A program made the position numbers and the translations under genes. A DNA stretch of 64,000 bases from Eledone cirrhosa (Eukaryota), in the NCBI GenBank assembly GCA_964016885.1, contig OZ024742.1, positions 2,666,001-2,730,000 of the forward strand, given 5' to 3'. Shown piece by piece: positions 24,491 through 39,200 of the stretch (position 1 is the stretch's first letter; every line of letters begins with the position of its first letter). Under the pieces are notes generated by a model. It saw only the letters and a program-made list of their open reading frames with translations, was not told where the DNA came from and searched no databases.

Positions 24491-25168
24491 TAAGAAATAC
24501 AAAATACATGCTTAACGGTAAACTTAAATATTCAAATTACTACATCAATAATAGTTTTAATGATAAATAAATAAAGGAAGCGGGACAGATGGAAATGAGA
24601 GAGAAAGAAAGAAAATGACGAAAGAAGGAACGAAGATATAGTTAAATGTATAATCGGCAAAGCTACGAAATCAAACTATCACATCAAAATAAATAAAATA
24701 TTAATAATAAAGATATAGATAGAAAGAAAGAAGGGGGGGGGTATAGCACAGGCAAAGAAAAAGGATGAGTAAGGAAGATGAGAAAGAAATAGAGGAAGAT
24801 TAAGAGGTAGGAGGAAGCAGAGAGGGATAAAAATTAATCATGAATACCGGATATGAGGGAAAGAGAAAATAAAATAAACAGACGAACGGACGAATATACA
24901 TTACTAGGTAAAATAGCTAGTTTGAGATGTATTACATGATAGGATAAAATGATCGAGACAAAATATGTTTAAGTGGAGAAATGTAAAGACAAATGGTTAA
25001 AGATGTAGATATATGAGATAATAAATGATATAAATACAAATAAAATAAAAATAATGATGTAAATACAAATGTTCTTAGGTTATTCTTTCGTAATTATAAA
25101 GTTTGTGATAATTTGATATCGTAATAGGTGCTAAAGTTATAAAAAGGAATAAGGAGTAGAAAATGGAG

Positions 25169-26391
25169 TTAAGTTGGTCCAAAGTTCAGGAATCCCGTTG
25201 CTGATTTATGCCGGCAAAAGATAGTTCGTTCAATTCTGCTGTTAAGAAGGGTTTTACTAAAATTAAGAATTTGGAAGAGCTCCATATTACAGAGCCTAAA
25301 ATGGGACATACCAGTTTGATAGGCCTTAGCAGTTGACAGTATTTTCCAACTGATCTCGTATTCAATGCCTGCATTCCTGAGTTGCCATATTTTGTTGGCA
25401 AGAGTTGTTGTATTTGATTGATTCTTATTAATCATAGAATGTCTGTGCACGTACCACCGTTTTTTTAAAGACACCAGCTGTGGAATCAATGTAATACCAT
25501 GCCAAGCTACCTAAGTTGATAGTACACAAGTATACTACATTTTTTTCCAGGCATCTGTTTAGTAGAGGGCATTTGTCAGGTAAGTGGCAATTGCATAGAA
25601 ATGCTTTCCTATGTGCCGGTTCTACTATATGATTTCGAAGATTGTTATGTATGGGCTGCGATTGTTATGTATGGTTTGTTGTTTCTTTGATTGTGGGAAG
25701 TATTATTAACATAAAGTGCGTTGTTATTTTTTGTAGCTGGTATGTATTTGAGTCGTTCTTTATAGCCTGCCTTAAGTAAAGCTAAGTTGTGGTAGCTAGC
25801 GTGTTCATTAAACATTTCAAGGTTAGAGGATAAGCGCGAGATTCTAAGGGATATACTATGCGCTATAGAGTTAATTATGGATCTAGGATGGTTCGAGTTA
25901 TAGTCAATGTAAGCTAAATTTTCATTATTATTATGGAAGGGTTCTATTAGTCCTGAGTTAAGGTTAAACGATACGTCCAAGAAGTTGACTCTTTTAGAAT
26001 TAGGTTCAAAAGTAATGCTAAGGCCTAAGTGGTTAAAGAATTTTCTAATTTGCTTCCTTAATCTTTCTAAGTTTTGGCTATTTAAGTTTCTAGCTAAAAG
26101 CAGAGTATCATTTCTATAGATTCCGCCTTGTAGGTTACCAAATTCTCTATGTAAGAAATATGCTATATATATTCCAACCAAGTCTGTGATCTGGGCTGAG
26201 TCGTTTGATCCCATAGTTATATCAAAGTTATTCTGTCTATTTTTTCGCTCCTAATAGCTGTTGTCGAATTTAATGATTGTTCGTCTAGCGGCTAGTATTA
26301 TTTTAATCTCATCTGCTGAAAGATCCGAATTATTTTGGGCAAAGGATAGTGTCTTATTAAGGGTGACTGGGGAGATAGAAGAGTAGTAGTC
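25169..26391 (-). pseudogene. Naiad-type RT/GIY-YIG remnant
   Basis: MGSNDSAQITDLVG, GIYRND (YRDD mutated), NFLDVSF, SNHP, CNCHLPDKCPLLNRC, VVY...YID, LCNME...FCRHK; stops, frameshifts and an apparent internal deletion. Confidence 0.85.
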
Positions 26392-27257
26392 ATTTTCACA
26401 GACACTTATCGGATTACCTTTAATGATTTATTGTTATCCTACATATATATATATATAATTATAAATTTGTGTACAGATATTTTTGCATACACAATAACAA
26501 AATATAAACAAACGTATTTATTTCACGAGGCTCGATAAGGATAAATATATATCAAATATATAAGAACCCTAGAGCAAATCCCGAGCAACTCCTGACCATT
26601 CTGCTAGTTATTATTATACAGAATGATTTATATTGTCATTTTAATTAGTTGTTACACCCGAAATAAAATTTTGCGTTAATTTAAATAAATACTAAAATAA
26701 AATAATTTATGTTTATTGGAGTGATCAGTTCTTGTTAGCGACGCATCTCATTAGTTTTAAGAAAACTAAAATACATATATAAACAAATATTCACTGATTA
26801 AGATAATTTATAATATTTAAATGAACACTAAAATTAATCTTTGTGCAGATATGAGAGGTGGTGTTGGAAGAAATGTAAAGCTTCCGTTCCACTCTCCCTT
26901 CTCTATTCATGGCTATCAGGTTTGTTTTATGAAATAATGTAGTAAATAAAATCGGTAAAAGTTTCATTAGAAGATGGTAATGTTGAAGATTTTTCAGTAC
27001 ATTGAGTGGAGACATTACCTCATATGTTCTTATGACATTTAGAAAATATTAGATAGATTAACATTGAAAATGTGGCATTCCGTAGAATAGCAAAGGAGAA
27101 GCAGTAGATGTGACATGCCAACACGTGGGCTACATTCTTGCAGATGGTCATCTCTGTCTCGATCGCAGTAAATAGGGAGATTTTTCAGGCCCCCAGGGCA
27201 CTAGATGTTTTCGCCGTTATTAACAGTGTCACTAAAATGAATTTCTTTTAAATCTAC

Positions 27258-30200
27258 TTATTGCTGGTCTTGTGTAGCATTATGGCCAGCAACACATTAC
27301 AGTTTTTGTTACTGTTGGTCTTGTATAACATTATGACCAGCAACATATTACAGTTTTTGTTCCTGTTGGTCTTGTATAACATTATGGCCAGCGACATATT
27401 ACAGTTTAGTTACTGTTTTTCTTGTATAACATTATGGCCAGCGACACATTACAGTTGTGTTACTGTTGGTCTTGTATAACATTATGGCCAGCAACATATT
27501 ACAGTTTTTGTTACTGTTGGTCTTGTATAACATTATGGCCAGCGACATATTACAGTTTTTGTTACTGTTGGTCTTGTATAACATTATGGCCAGCGACATA
27601 TTACAGTTTTTGTTACTGTTGGTCTTGTATAACATTATGGCCAGCAACATATTACAGTTTTTGTTACTGTTGGTCTTGTATAACATTATGGCCAGTGACA
27701 CATTACAGTTTTGTTACTGTTGGTCTTGTATAACATTATGGCCAGTGACACATTACAGTTTTTGTTACTGTTGGTCTTGTATAACATTATGGCCAGCGAC
27801 ATATTACAGTTTTTGTTACTGTTGGACTTGTATAACATTATGGCCAGTGACACATTACAGTTTTGTTACTATTGGTCTTGTATAACATTATGGCCAGCGA
27901 CACATTACAGTTTTTGTTACTGTTGGTCTTGTATAACATTATGGCCAGCGACATATTACAGTTTTTGTTACTGTTGGTCTTGTATAACATTAAGGCCAGC
28001 GACACATTACAGTTTTTGGTTAATGCTGGTCTTGTATAACATTATGGCCAGCGACACATTACAGTTTTTGTCACTGTTGGTCTTGTATAACATTATGGCC
28101 AGCAACACATTACAGTTTTTGTTACTGTTGGTCTTGTATAACATTATGGCCAGCAACACATTACAGTTTTTGTTACTGTTGGTCTTGTATAACATTATGG
28201 CCAGCAACACATTACAGTTTTTGTTACTGTTGGTCTTGTATAACATTATGGCCAGCAACACATTACAGTTTTTGTTACTGTTGGTCTTGTATAACATTAT
28301 GGCCAGCGACACATTACAGTTTTTGTTACTGTTGGTCTTGTATAACATTATGGCCAGCAACACATTACAGTTTTGTTACTGTTGGTCTTGTATAACCTTT
28401 TGGCCAGCAACACATTACAGTTTTTGTTACTGTTGGTCTTGTATAACATTATGGCCACTGACACATTACAGTTTTGTTACTGTTGGTCTTGTATAACCTT
28501 TTGGCCAGCAACACATTACAGTTTTTGTTACTGTTGGTCTTGTATAACATTATGGCCAGCAACACATTACAGTTTTTGTTACTGTTGGTCTTGTATAACA
28601 TTAGGGCCACTGACACATTACAGTTTTGTTACTGTTTGTCTTGTATAACCTTTTGGCCAGCAACACATTACAGTTTTTGTTACTGTTGGTCTTGTATAAC
28701 ATTATGGCAAGCAACACGTTACAGTTTTTGTTACTGTTGGTCTTGTATAACATTATGGCCACTGACACATTACAGTTTTGTTACTGTTGGTCTTGTATAA
28801 CCTTTTGGCCAGCAACACATTACAGTTTTTGTTACTGTTTGTCTTGTATAACATTATGGCCAGCAACACATTACAGTTTTTGTTACTGTTGGTCTTGTAT
28901 AACCTTTTGGCCAGCAACACATTACAGCTTTTGTTACTGTTGGTCTTGTATAACCTTTTGGCCAGCAACACATTACAGTTTTTGTTACTGTTTGTCTTGT
29001 ATAACATTATGGCCAGCAACACATTACAGTTTTTGTTACTGTTTGTCTTGTATAACATTATGGCCAGCAACACATTACAGTTTTTGTTACTGTTGGTCTT
29101 GTATAACATTATGGCCAGCGACACATTACAGTTTTTGTTACTGTTTGTCTTGTATAACATTATGGCCAGCAACACATTACAGTTTTTGTTACTGTTGGTC
29201 TTGTATAACATTATGGCCAACAACACATTACAGTTTTTGTTACTGTTGGTCTTGTATAACATTATGGCCAGCAACACATTACAGTTTTTGTTACTGTTTG
29301 TCTTGTATAACCTTTTGGCCAGCAACACATTACAGTTTTTGTTACTGTTTGTCTTGTATAACATTATGGCCAGCGACACATTACAGTTTTGTTACTGTTG
29401 GTCTTGTATAACCTTTTGGCCAGCAACACATTACAGTTTTTGTTACTGTTGGTCTTGTATAACATTATGGCCACTGATACATTACAGTTTTGTTACTCTT
29501 GGTCTTGTATAACATTATGGCCAGCAACACATTACAGTTTTTGTTACTGTTTGTCTTGTATAACATTATGGCCAGCAACACATTACAGTTTTTGTTACTG
29601 TTTGTCTTGTATAACATTATGGCCAGCAACACATTACAGTTTTTGTTACTGTTTGTCTTGTATAACATTATGGCCAGCAACACATTACAGTTTTTGTTAC
29701 TGTTGGTCTTGTATAACATTATGGCCAGCGACACATTACAGTTTTTGTTACTGTTTGTCTTGTATAACATTATGGCCAGCGACATATTGCAGTTTTGTTA
29801 CTCTTGGTCTTGTATAACCTTTTGGCCAGCAACACATTACAGTTTTTGTTACTGTTGGTCTTGTATAACATTTTGGCCAGTAACACATTACAGTTTTGTT
29901 ACTGTTGGTCTTGTATAACATTATGGGCAGCAACACATTACAGTTTTTGTTACTGTTTGTCTTGTATAACATTATGGCCAGTGACACATTACAGTTTTGT
30001 TACTGTTGGTCTTGTATAACATTATGGCCAGTGACACATTACAGTTTTTGTTACTGTTGGTCTTGTATAACATTATGGCCAGCGACACATTACAGTTTTT
30101 GTTACTGTTGGTCTTGTATAACATTATGGCCAGCAACACATTACAGTTTTTGTTACTGTTAGTCTTGTATAACATTATGGCCAGCAACACATTACAGTTT

Positions 30201-33200
30201 TTGTTACTGTTTGTCTTGTATAATATTATGGCCACCGACACATTACAGTTTTGTTACTGTTGGTCTTGTATAACATTATGGCCAGCAACACATTACAGTT
30301 TTTGTTACTGTTGGTCTTGTATAACATTATGGCCAGCGACACATTACAGTTTTTGTTACTGTTGGTCTTGTATAACATTATGGCCAGCAACACATTACAG
30401 TTTTTGTTACTGTTGGTCTTGTATAACATTAGGGCCACTGACACGTTACAGTTTTGTTACTGTTTGTCTTGTATAACCTTTTGGCCAGCAACACATTACA
30501 GTTTTTGTTACTGTTGGTCCTGTATAACATTATGGCAAGCAACACGTTACAGTTTTTGTTACTGTTGGTCTTGTATAACATTATGGCCACTGACACATTA
30601 CAGTTTTGTTACTGTTGGTCTTGTATAACCTTTTGGCCAGCAACACATTACAGTTTTTGTTACTGTTTGTCTTGTATAACATTATGGCCAGCAACACATT
30701 ACAGTTTTTGTTACTGTTGGTCTTGTATAACCTTTTGACCAGCAACACATTACAGTTTTTGTTACTGTTTGTCTTGTATAACATTATGGCCAGCAACACA
30801 TTACAGTTTTTGTTACTGTTGGTCTTGTATAACCTTTTGGCCAGCAACACATTACAGTTTTTGTTACTGTTTGACTTGTATAACATTATGGCCAGCAACA
30901 CATTACAGTTTTTGTTACTGTTGGTCTTGTATAACATTATGGCCAGCGACACATTACAGTTTTTGTTACTGTTTGTCTTGTATAACATTATGGCCAGCAA
31001 CACATTACAGTTTTTGTTACTGTTGGTCTTGTATAACATTATGGCCAACAACACATTTCAGTTTTTGTTACTGTTGGTCTTGTATAACATTATGGCCAGC
31101 AACACATTACAGTTTTTGTTACTGTTTGTCTTGTATAACCTTTTGGCCAGCAACACATTACAGTTTTTGTTACTGTTTGTCTTGTATAACATTATGGCCA
31201 GCGACACATTACAGTTTTGTTACTGTTGGTCTTGTATAACCTTTTGGCCAGCAACACATTACAATTTTTGTTACTGTTGGTCTTGTATAACATTATGGCC
31301 ACTGACACATTACAGTTTTGTTACTCTTGGTCTTGTATAACATTATGGCCAGCAACACATTACAGTTTTTGTTACTGTTTGTCTTATATAACATTATGGC
31401 CAGCGACACATTACAGTTTTGTTACTGTTGGTCTTGTATAACCTTTTGGCCAGCAACACATTACAGTTTTTGTTACTGTTGGTCTTGTATAACATTATGG
31501 CCACTGACACATTACAGTTTTGTTACTGTTGGTCTTGTATAACATTATGGCCACTGACACATTACAGTTTTGTTACTGTTGGTCTTGTATAACCTTTTGG
31601 CCAGCAACACATTACAGTTTTTATTACTGTTTGTCTTGTATAACATTATGGCCAGCAACACATTACAGTTTTTGTTACTGTTGGTCTTGTATAACATTAT
31701 GGCCAGCGACATATTACAGTTTTGTTACTCTTGGTCTTGTATAACATTATGGCCAGCAACATATTACAGTTTTTGTTACTGTTGGTCTTGTATAACATTA
31801 TGGGCAGCAACACATTACAGTTTTTGTTACTGTTTGTCTTGTATAACATTATGGCCAGTGACACATTACAGTTTTGTTACTGTTGGTCTTGTATAACATT
31901 ATGGCCAGTGACACATTACAGTTTTTGTTACTGTTGGTCTTGTATAACATTATGGCCAGCAACACATTACAGTTTTTGTTACTGTTGGTCTTGTATAACA
32001 TTATGGCCAGCAACACATTACAGTTTTTGTTACTGTTGGTCTTGTATAACATTATGGCCAGCAACACATTACAGTTTTTGTTACTGTTGGTCTTGTATAA
32101 CATTATGGCCAGCGACACATTACAGTTTTTGTTACTGTTGGTCTTGTATAACATTATGGCCAGCAACACATTACAGTTTTTGTTACTGTTGGTCTTGTAT
32201 AACATTATGGCCAGCAACACATTACAGTTTTTGTTACTGTTGGTCTTGTATAACATTATGGCCAGCAACACATTACAGTTTTTGTTACTGTTTGTCTTGT
32301 ATAACATTATGGCCAGCAACACATTACAGTTTTTGTTACAGTTGGTCTTGTATAACATTATGGCCAGCGACACATTACAGTTTTGTTACTGTTTGTCTTG
32401 TATAACATTATGGCCAGCAACACATTACAGTTTTTGTTACTGTTGGTCTTGTATAACATTATGGCCACTGACACATTACAGTTTTATTACCGTTGGTTTT
32501 GTATAACATTATGGCCAGCAACACATTACAGTTTTTGTTACTGTTGGTCTTGTATAACATTATGGCCAGCGACACATTACAGTTTTTGTTACTGTTGGTC
32601 TTGTATAACATTATGGCCAGCAACACATTACAGTTTTTGTTACTGTTTGTCTTGTATAACATTATGGCCAGCAACACATTACAGTTTTTGTTACTGTTGG
32701 TCTTGTATAACATTATGGCCAGCAACACATTACAGTTTTTGTTACTGTTTGTCTTGTATAACATTATGGCCAGCAACACATTACAGTTTTGTTACTGTTT
32801 GTCTTGTATAACATTATGGCCAGCAACACATTACAGTTTTGTTACTGTTTGTCTTGTATAACATTATGGCCAGTGACACATTACAGTTTTTGTTACTGTT
32901 TGTCTTGTATAACATTATGGCCAGCGACATATTACAGTTTTGTTACTGTTTGTCTTGTATAACATTATGGCCAGTGACACATTACAGTTTTTGTTACTCT
33001 TGGTCTTGTATAACATTATGGCCAGCAACACATTACAGTTTTTGTTACTGTTTGTCTTGTATAACATTATGTCCAGCAACACATTACAGATTTTGTTACT
33101 GTTTGTCTTGTATAACATTATGTCCAGCAATACATTACAGTTTTTGTTACTGTTTGTCTTGTATAACATTATGTCCAGCAACACATTACAGATTTTGTTA

Positions 33201-36200
33201 CTGTTTGTCTTGTATAACATTATGGCCAGCAACACATTACAGTTTTTGTTACTGTTGGTCTTGTATAACATTATGGCCACTGACACATTACAGTTCTGTT
33301 ACTGTTGGTCTTGTATAACATTATGGCCAGCAACACATTACAGTTTTTGTTACTGTTGGTCTTGTATAACATTATGGCCAGTGTCACATTACAGTTTTTG
33401 TTACTGTTGGTCTTGTATAACATTATGGCCAGTGACACATTACAGTTTTGTTACTGTTGGTCTTGTATAACATTATGGCCAGTGACACATTACAGTTTTG
33501 TTACTGTTGGTCTTGTATAACATTATGGCCACTGACACATTACAGTTTTGTTACTGTTGGTCTTGTATAACATTATGGCCAGCAACACATTACAGTTTTT
33601 GTTACTGTTGGTCTTGTATAACATAATGGCCAGTGTCACATTACAGTTTTGTTACTGTTGGTCTTGTATAACATTATGGCCAGTGACACATTACAGTTTT
33701 TGTTACTGTTGGTCTTGTATAACATTATGGCCAGTGACACATTACAGTTTTGTTACTGTTGGTCTTGTATAACATTATGGCCAGTGACACATTACAGTTT
33801 TTGTTACTCTTGGCTTGTATAACATTATGGCCAGTGACACATTACAGTTTTGTTACTGTTTGTCTTGTATAACATTATGGCCAGCGACATATTACAGTTT
33901 TGTTACTCTTGGTCTTGTATAACATTATGGCCAGCAACATATTACAGTTTTTGTTACTGTTTGTCTTGTATAACATTATGGCCAGTGACACATTACAGTT
34001 TTGTTACTGTTGGTCTTGTATAACATTATGGCCAGTGACAAATTACAGTTTTTGTTACTGTTGGTCTTGTATAACATTATGGCCAGCAACACATTACAGT
34101 TTTTGTTACTGTTGGTCTTGTATAACATTATGGCCAGCAACACATTACAGTTTTTGTTACTGTTTGTCTTGTATAATATTATGGCCACTGACACATTACA
34201 GTTTTGTTACTGTTTGGCTTGTATAACATTATGGCCAGCGACACATTACAGTTTTTGTTACTGTTTGTCTTGTATAATATTATGGCCACTGACACATTAC
34301 AGTTTTGTTACTGTTGGTCTTGTATAACATTATGGCCAGCAACACATTACAGTTTTTGTTACTGTTGGTTTGTATAACATTATGGCCAGCAACACATTAC
34401 AGTTTTGTTACTGTTTGTCTTGTATAATATTATGGCCACTGACACATTACAGTTTTGTTACTGTTGGTCTTGTATAACATTATGGCCAGCAACACATTAC
34501 AGTTTTTGTTACTGTTGGTCTTGTATAACATTATGGCCAGCGACACATTACAGTTTTTGTTACTGTTGGTCTTGTATAACATTATGGCCAGCAACACATT
34601 ACAGTTTTGTTACTGTTGGTCTTGTATAACATTATGGCCAGCAACACATTACAGTTTTTGTTACTGTTTGTCTTGTATAACATTATGGCCAGCAACACAT
34701 TACAGTTTTTGTTACTGTTGGTCTTGTATAACATTATGGCCAGCGACACATTACAGTTTTTGCTACTGTTGGTCTTGTATAACATTATGGCCAGCGACAC
34801 ATTACAGTTTTTGTTACTGTTGGTCTTGTATAACATTATGGCCAGCGACACATTACAGTTTTTGTTACTGTTGGTCTTGTATAACATTATGGCCCGCAAC
34901 ACATTACAGTTTTTGTTACTGTTTGTCTTGTATAACATTATGGCCAGCAACACATTACAATTTTGTTACTGTTTGTCTTGTATAACATTATGGCCAGCAA
35001 CACATTACAGTTTTTGTTACTGTTGGTCTTGTATGACATTATGGCCAGCGACACATTACAGTTTTTGTTACTGTTGGTCTTGTATAACATTATGGCCAGC
35101 AACACATTACAATTTTTTGTTACTGTTTGTCTTGTATAACATTAAGGCCAGCGACACATTACAGTTTTTGTTACTGTTTGTCTTGTATAACATTATGGCC
35201 AGCGACACATTACAGTTTTTGTTACTGTTGGTCTTGTATAACATTATGGCCAGCGACACATTACAGTTTTTGTTACTGTTGGTCTTGTATAACATTATGG
35301 CCAGCAACACATTACAGTTTTTGTTAGTGTTTGTCTTGTATAACATTATGGCCAGCAACACATTACAGTTTTTGTTACTGTTTGTCTTGTATAACATTAT
35401 GGCCAGCAACACATTACAGTTTTTGTTACTGTTTGTCTTGTATAACATTATGGCCAGCAACACATTACAGTTTTTGTTACTGTTTGTCTTGTATAACATT
35501 ATGTCCAGTGACACATTACAGTTTTTGTTACTGTTGGTCTTGTATAACATTATGGCCAGCAACACATTACAGTTTTTGTTACTGTTGGTCTTGTATAACA
35601 TTATGGCCAGCAACACATTACAGTTTTTGTTACTGTTTTTCTTGTATAACATTATGGCCAGCAACACATTACAGTTTTGTTACTGTTTGTTTTGTATAAT
35701 ATTATGGCCAGCGACATATTACAGTTTTGTTACTGTTTGTCTTGTATAACATTATGGCCAGTGACACATTACAGTTTTTGTTACTGTTGGTCTTGTATAA
35801 CATTATGGCCACTGACACATTACAGTTTTTGTTACTGTTTGTCCTGTATAACATTATGGCCAGTGACACATTACAGTTTTTGTTACTGTTTGTCTTGTAT
35901 AACATTATGGCCAGCGACATATAACAGTTTTGTTACTGTTTGTCTTGTATAACATTATGGCCAGTGACACATTACAGTTTTTGTTACTGTTGGTCTTGTA
36001 TAACATTATGGCCACTGACACATTACAGTTTTGTTACTGTTGGTCTTGTATAACATTATGGCCACTGACACATTACAGTTTTGTTACTGTTGGTCTTGTA
36101 TAACCTTTTGGCCAGCAACACATTACAGTTTTTGTTACTGTTGGTCTTGTATAACATTATGGCCACTGACACATTACAGTTTTTGTTACTGTTGGTCTTG

Positions 36201-39200
36201 TATAACATTATGGCCAGCGACACATTACAGTTTTTGTTACTGTTGGTCTTGTATAACATTATGGCCAGCAACACATTACAGTTTTTGTTACTGTTGGTCT
36301 TGTATAACATTATGGCCAGCAACACATTACAGTTTTGTTACTGTTTGTCTTGTATAACCTTTTGGCCAGCAAGACATTAGAGTTTTTGTTACTGTTGGTC
36401 TTGTATAACATTATGGCCGGCGACACATTACAGTTTTTGTTACTGTTGGTCTTGTATAACATTATGGCCAGCGACACATTACAGTTTTTGTTACTGTTTG
36501 TCTTGTATAACATTATGACCAGTGACACATTACAGTTTTGTTACTGTTTGTCTTGTATAACATTATGGCCGACAACACATTACAGTTTTTGTTACTGTTT
36601 GTCTTGTATAACTTTATGGCCAGCAACACATTACAGTTTTTGTTACTGTTGGTCTTGTATAACATTATGGCCAGCAACACATTACAGTTTTGTTACTGTT
36701 GGTCTTGTATAACATTATGGCCAGCGACACATTACAGTTTTTGTTACTGTTTGTCTTGTATAACATTATGGCCAGCGACACATTACAGTTTTTGTTACTG
36801 TTGGTCTTGTATAACATTATGGCCAGCGACACATTACAGTTTTTGTTACTGTTGGTCTTGTATAACATTATGGACAGCGACACATTACAACTTTTGTTAC
36901 TTTTGGTCTTGTATAACATTATGGCCAGCGACACATTACAGTTTTTGTTACTGTTGGTCTTGTATAACATTATGGCCAGCAACACATTACAGTTTTGTTA
37001 CTGTTTGTCTTGTATAACCTTTTGGCCAGCAAGACATTAGAGTTTTTGTTACTGTTGGTCTTGTATAACATTATGGCCAGCGACACATTACAGTTTTTGT
37101 TACTGTTGGTCTTGTATAACATTATGGCCAGCGACACATTACAGTTTTTGTTACTGTTTGTCTTGTATAACATTATGGCCAGTGACACATTACAGTTTTG
37201 TTACTGTTTGTCTTGTATAACATTATGGCCAGCAACCCATTACAGTTTTTGTTACTGTTGGTCTTGTATAACATTATGGCCAGCGACACATTATAGTTTT
37301 TGTTACTGTTTGTCTTGTATAACATTATGGCCAGCAACACATTACAGTTTTGTTACTGTTGGTCTTGTATAACATTATGGCCAACAACACATTACAGTTT
37401 TTGTTACTGTTGGTCTTGTATAACATTATGGCCAACAACACATTACAGTTTTTGTTACTGTTTGTCTTGTATAACCTTTTGGCCAGCAACACATTACAGT
37501 TTTTGTTACTGTTTGTCTTGTATAACATTATGGCCAGCGACACATTACAGTTTTGTTACTGTTGGTCTTGTATAACCTTTTGGCCAGCAACACATTACAG
37601 TTTTTGTTACTGTTGGTCTTGTATAACATTATGGCCACTGACACATTACAGTTTTGTTACTCTTGGTCTTGTATAACATTATGGCCAGCAACACATTACA
37701 GTTTTTGTTACTGTTTGTCTTGTATAACATTATGGCCAGCAACACATTACAGTTTTTGTTACTGTTTGTCTTGTATAACATTATGGCCAGCGACACATTA
37801 CAGTTTTGTTACTGTTGGTCTTGTATAACCTTTTGGCCAGCAACACATTACAGTTTTTGTTACTGTTGGTCTTGTATAACATTATGGCCACTGACACATT
37901 ACAGTTTTGTTACTGTTGGTCTTGTATAACATTATGGCCACTGACACATTACAGTTTTGTTACTGTTGGTCTTGTATAACCTTTTGGCCAGCAACACATT
38001 ACAGTTTTTGTTACTGTTGGTCTTGTATAACATTATGGCCACTGACACATTACAGTTTTGTTACTGTTGGTCTTGTATAACATTATGGCCAGCAACACAT
38101 TACAGTTTTTGTTACTGTTGGTCTTGTATAACATTATGGCCAGTGACACATTACAGTTTTTGTTACTGTTGGTCTTGTATAACATTATGGCCAGAGACAC
38201 ATTACAGTTTTGTTACTGTTGGTCTTGTATAACATTATGGCCAGTGACACATTACAGTTTTTGTTACTGTTGGTCTTGTATAACATTATGGCCAGCGACA
38301 CATTACAGTTTTTGTTACTGTTGGTCTTGTATAACATTATGGCCAGCAACAAATTACAGTTTTTGTTACTGTTGGTCTTGTATAACATTATGGCCAGCAA
38401 CACATTACAGTATTTGTTACTGTTTGTCTTGTATAATATTATGGCCACTGACACATTACAGTTTTGTTACTGTTGGTCTTGTATAACATTATGGCCAGCG
38501 ACACATTACAGTTTTTGTTACTGTTGGTCTTGTATAACATTATGGCCAGCAACACATTACAGTTTTTGTTACTGTTGGTCTTGTATAACATTATGGCCAG
38601 CGACACATTACAGTTTTTGTTACTGTTGGTCTTGTATAACATTATGGCCAGCAACACATTACAGTTTTTGTTACTGTTTGTCTTGCATAACATTATGGCC
38701 AGCAACACATTACAGTTTTTGTTACTGTTGGTCTTGTATAACATTATGGGCAGCAACACGTTACAGTTTTTGTTACTGTTGGTCTTGTATAACATTATGG
38801 CCAGCGACACATTACAGTTTTTGTTACTGATGGTCTTGTATAACATTATGGCCAGCGACACATTACAGTTTATGTTACTGTTTGTCTTGTATAACATTAT
38901 GGCCAGCGACACATTACAGTTTTTGTTACTGTTGGTCTTGTATAACATTATGGCCAGCGACACATTACAGTTTTTGTTACTGTTGGTCTTGTATAACATT
39001 ATGGCCAGCGACACATTACAGTTTTTGTTACTGTTGGTCTTGTATAACATTATGGCCAGCGACACATTACAGTTTTTGTTACTGTTGGTCTTGTATAACA
39101 TTATGGCCAGCAACACATTACAGTTTTGTTACTGTTTGTCTTGTATAACCTTTTGGCCAGCAAGACATTAGAGTTTTTGTTACTGTTTGTCTTGTATAAC

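Larger units (their letters stand above)
24328..26435 (-). mobile_element. 5'-truncated, decayed Naiad-type PLE
   Basis: RT remnant and GIY-YIG remnant followed by 3' UTR and hammerhead; (TA)n flanks. Confidence 0.85.
22346..26607 (+). mobile_element. probable non-autonomous Helitron shell containing nested insertions
   Basis: 5' A|TCTATATATCTAAAA followed by (GTCT)n; 3' decayed GC-rich hairpin then CTAG|T at 26604-26608; pairing of the two ends is inferred. Confidence 0.5.

Noticed and set aside
26791-27240. Short ORF and several splice-like signals left of the satellite
   Set aside because: Signals on both strands are mutually inconsistent and give no recognisable peptide
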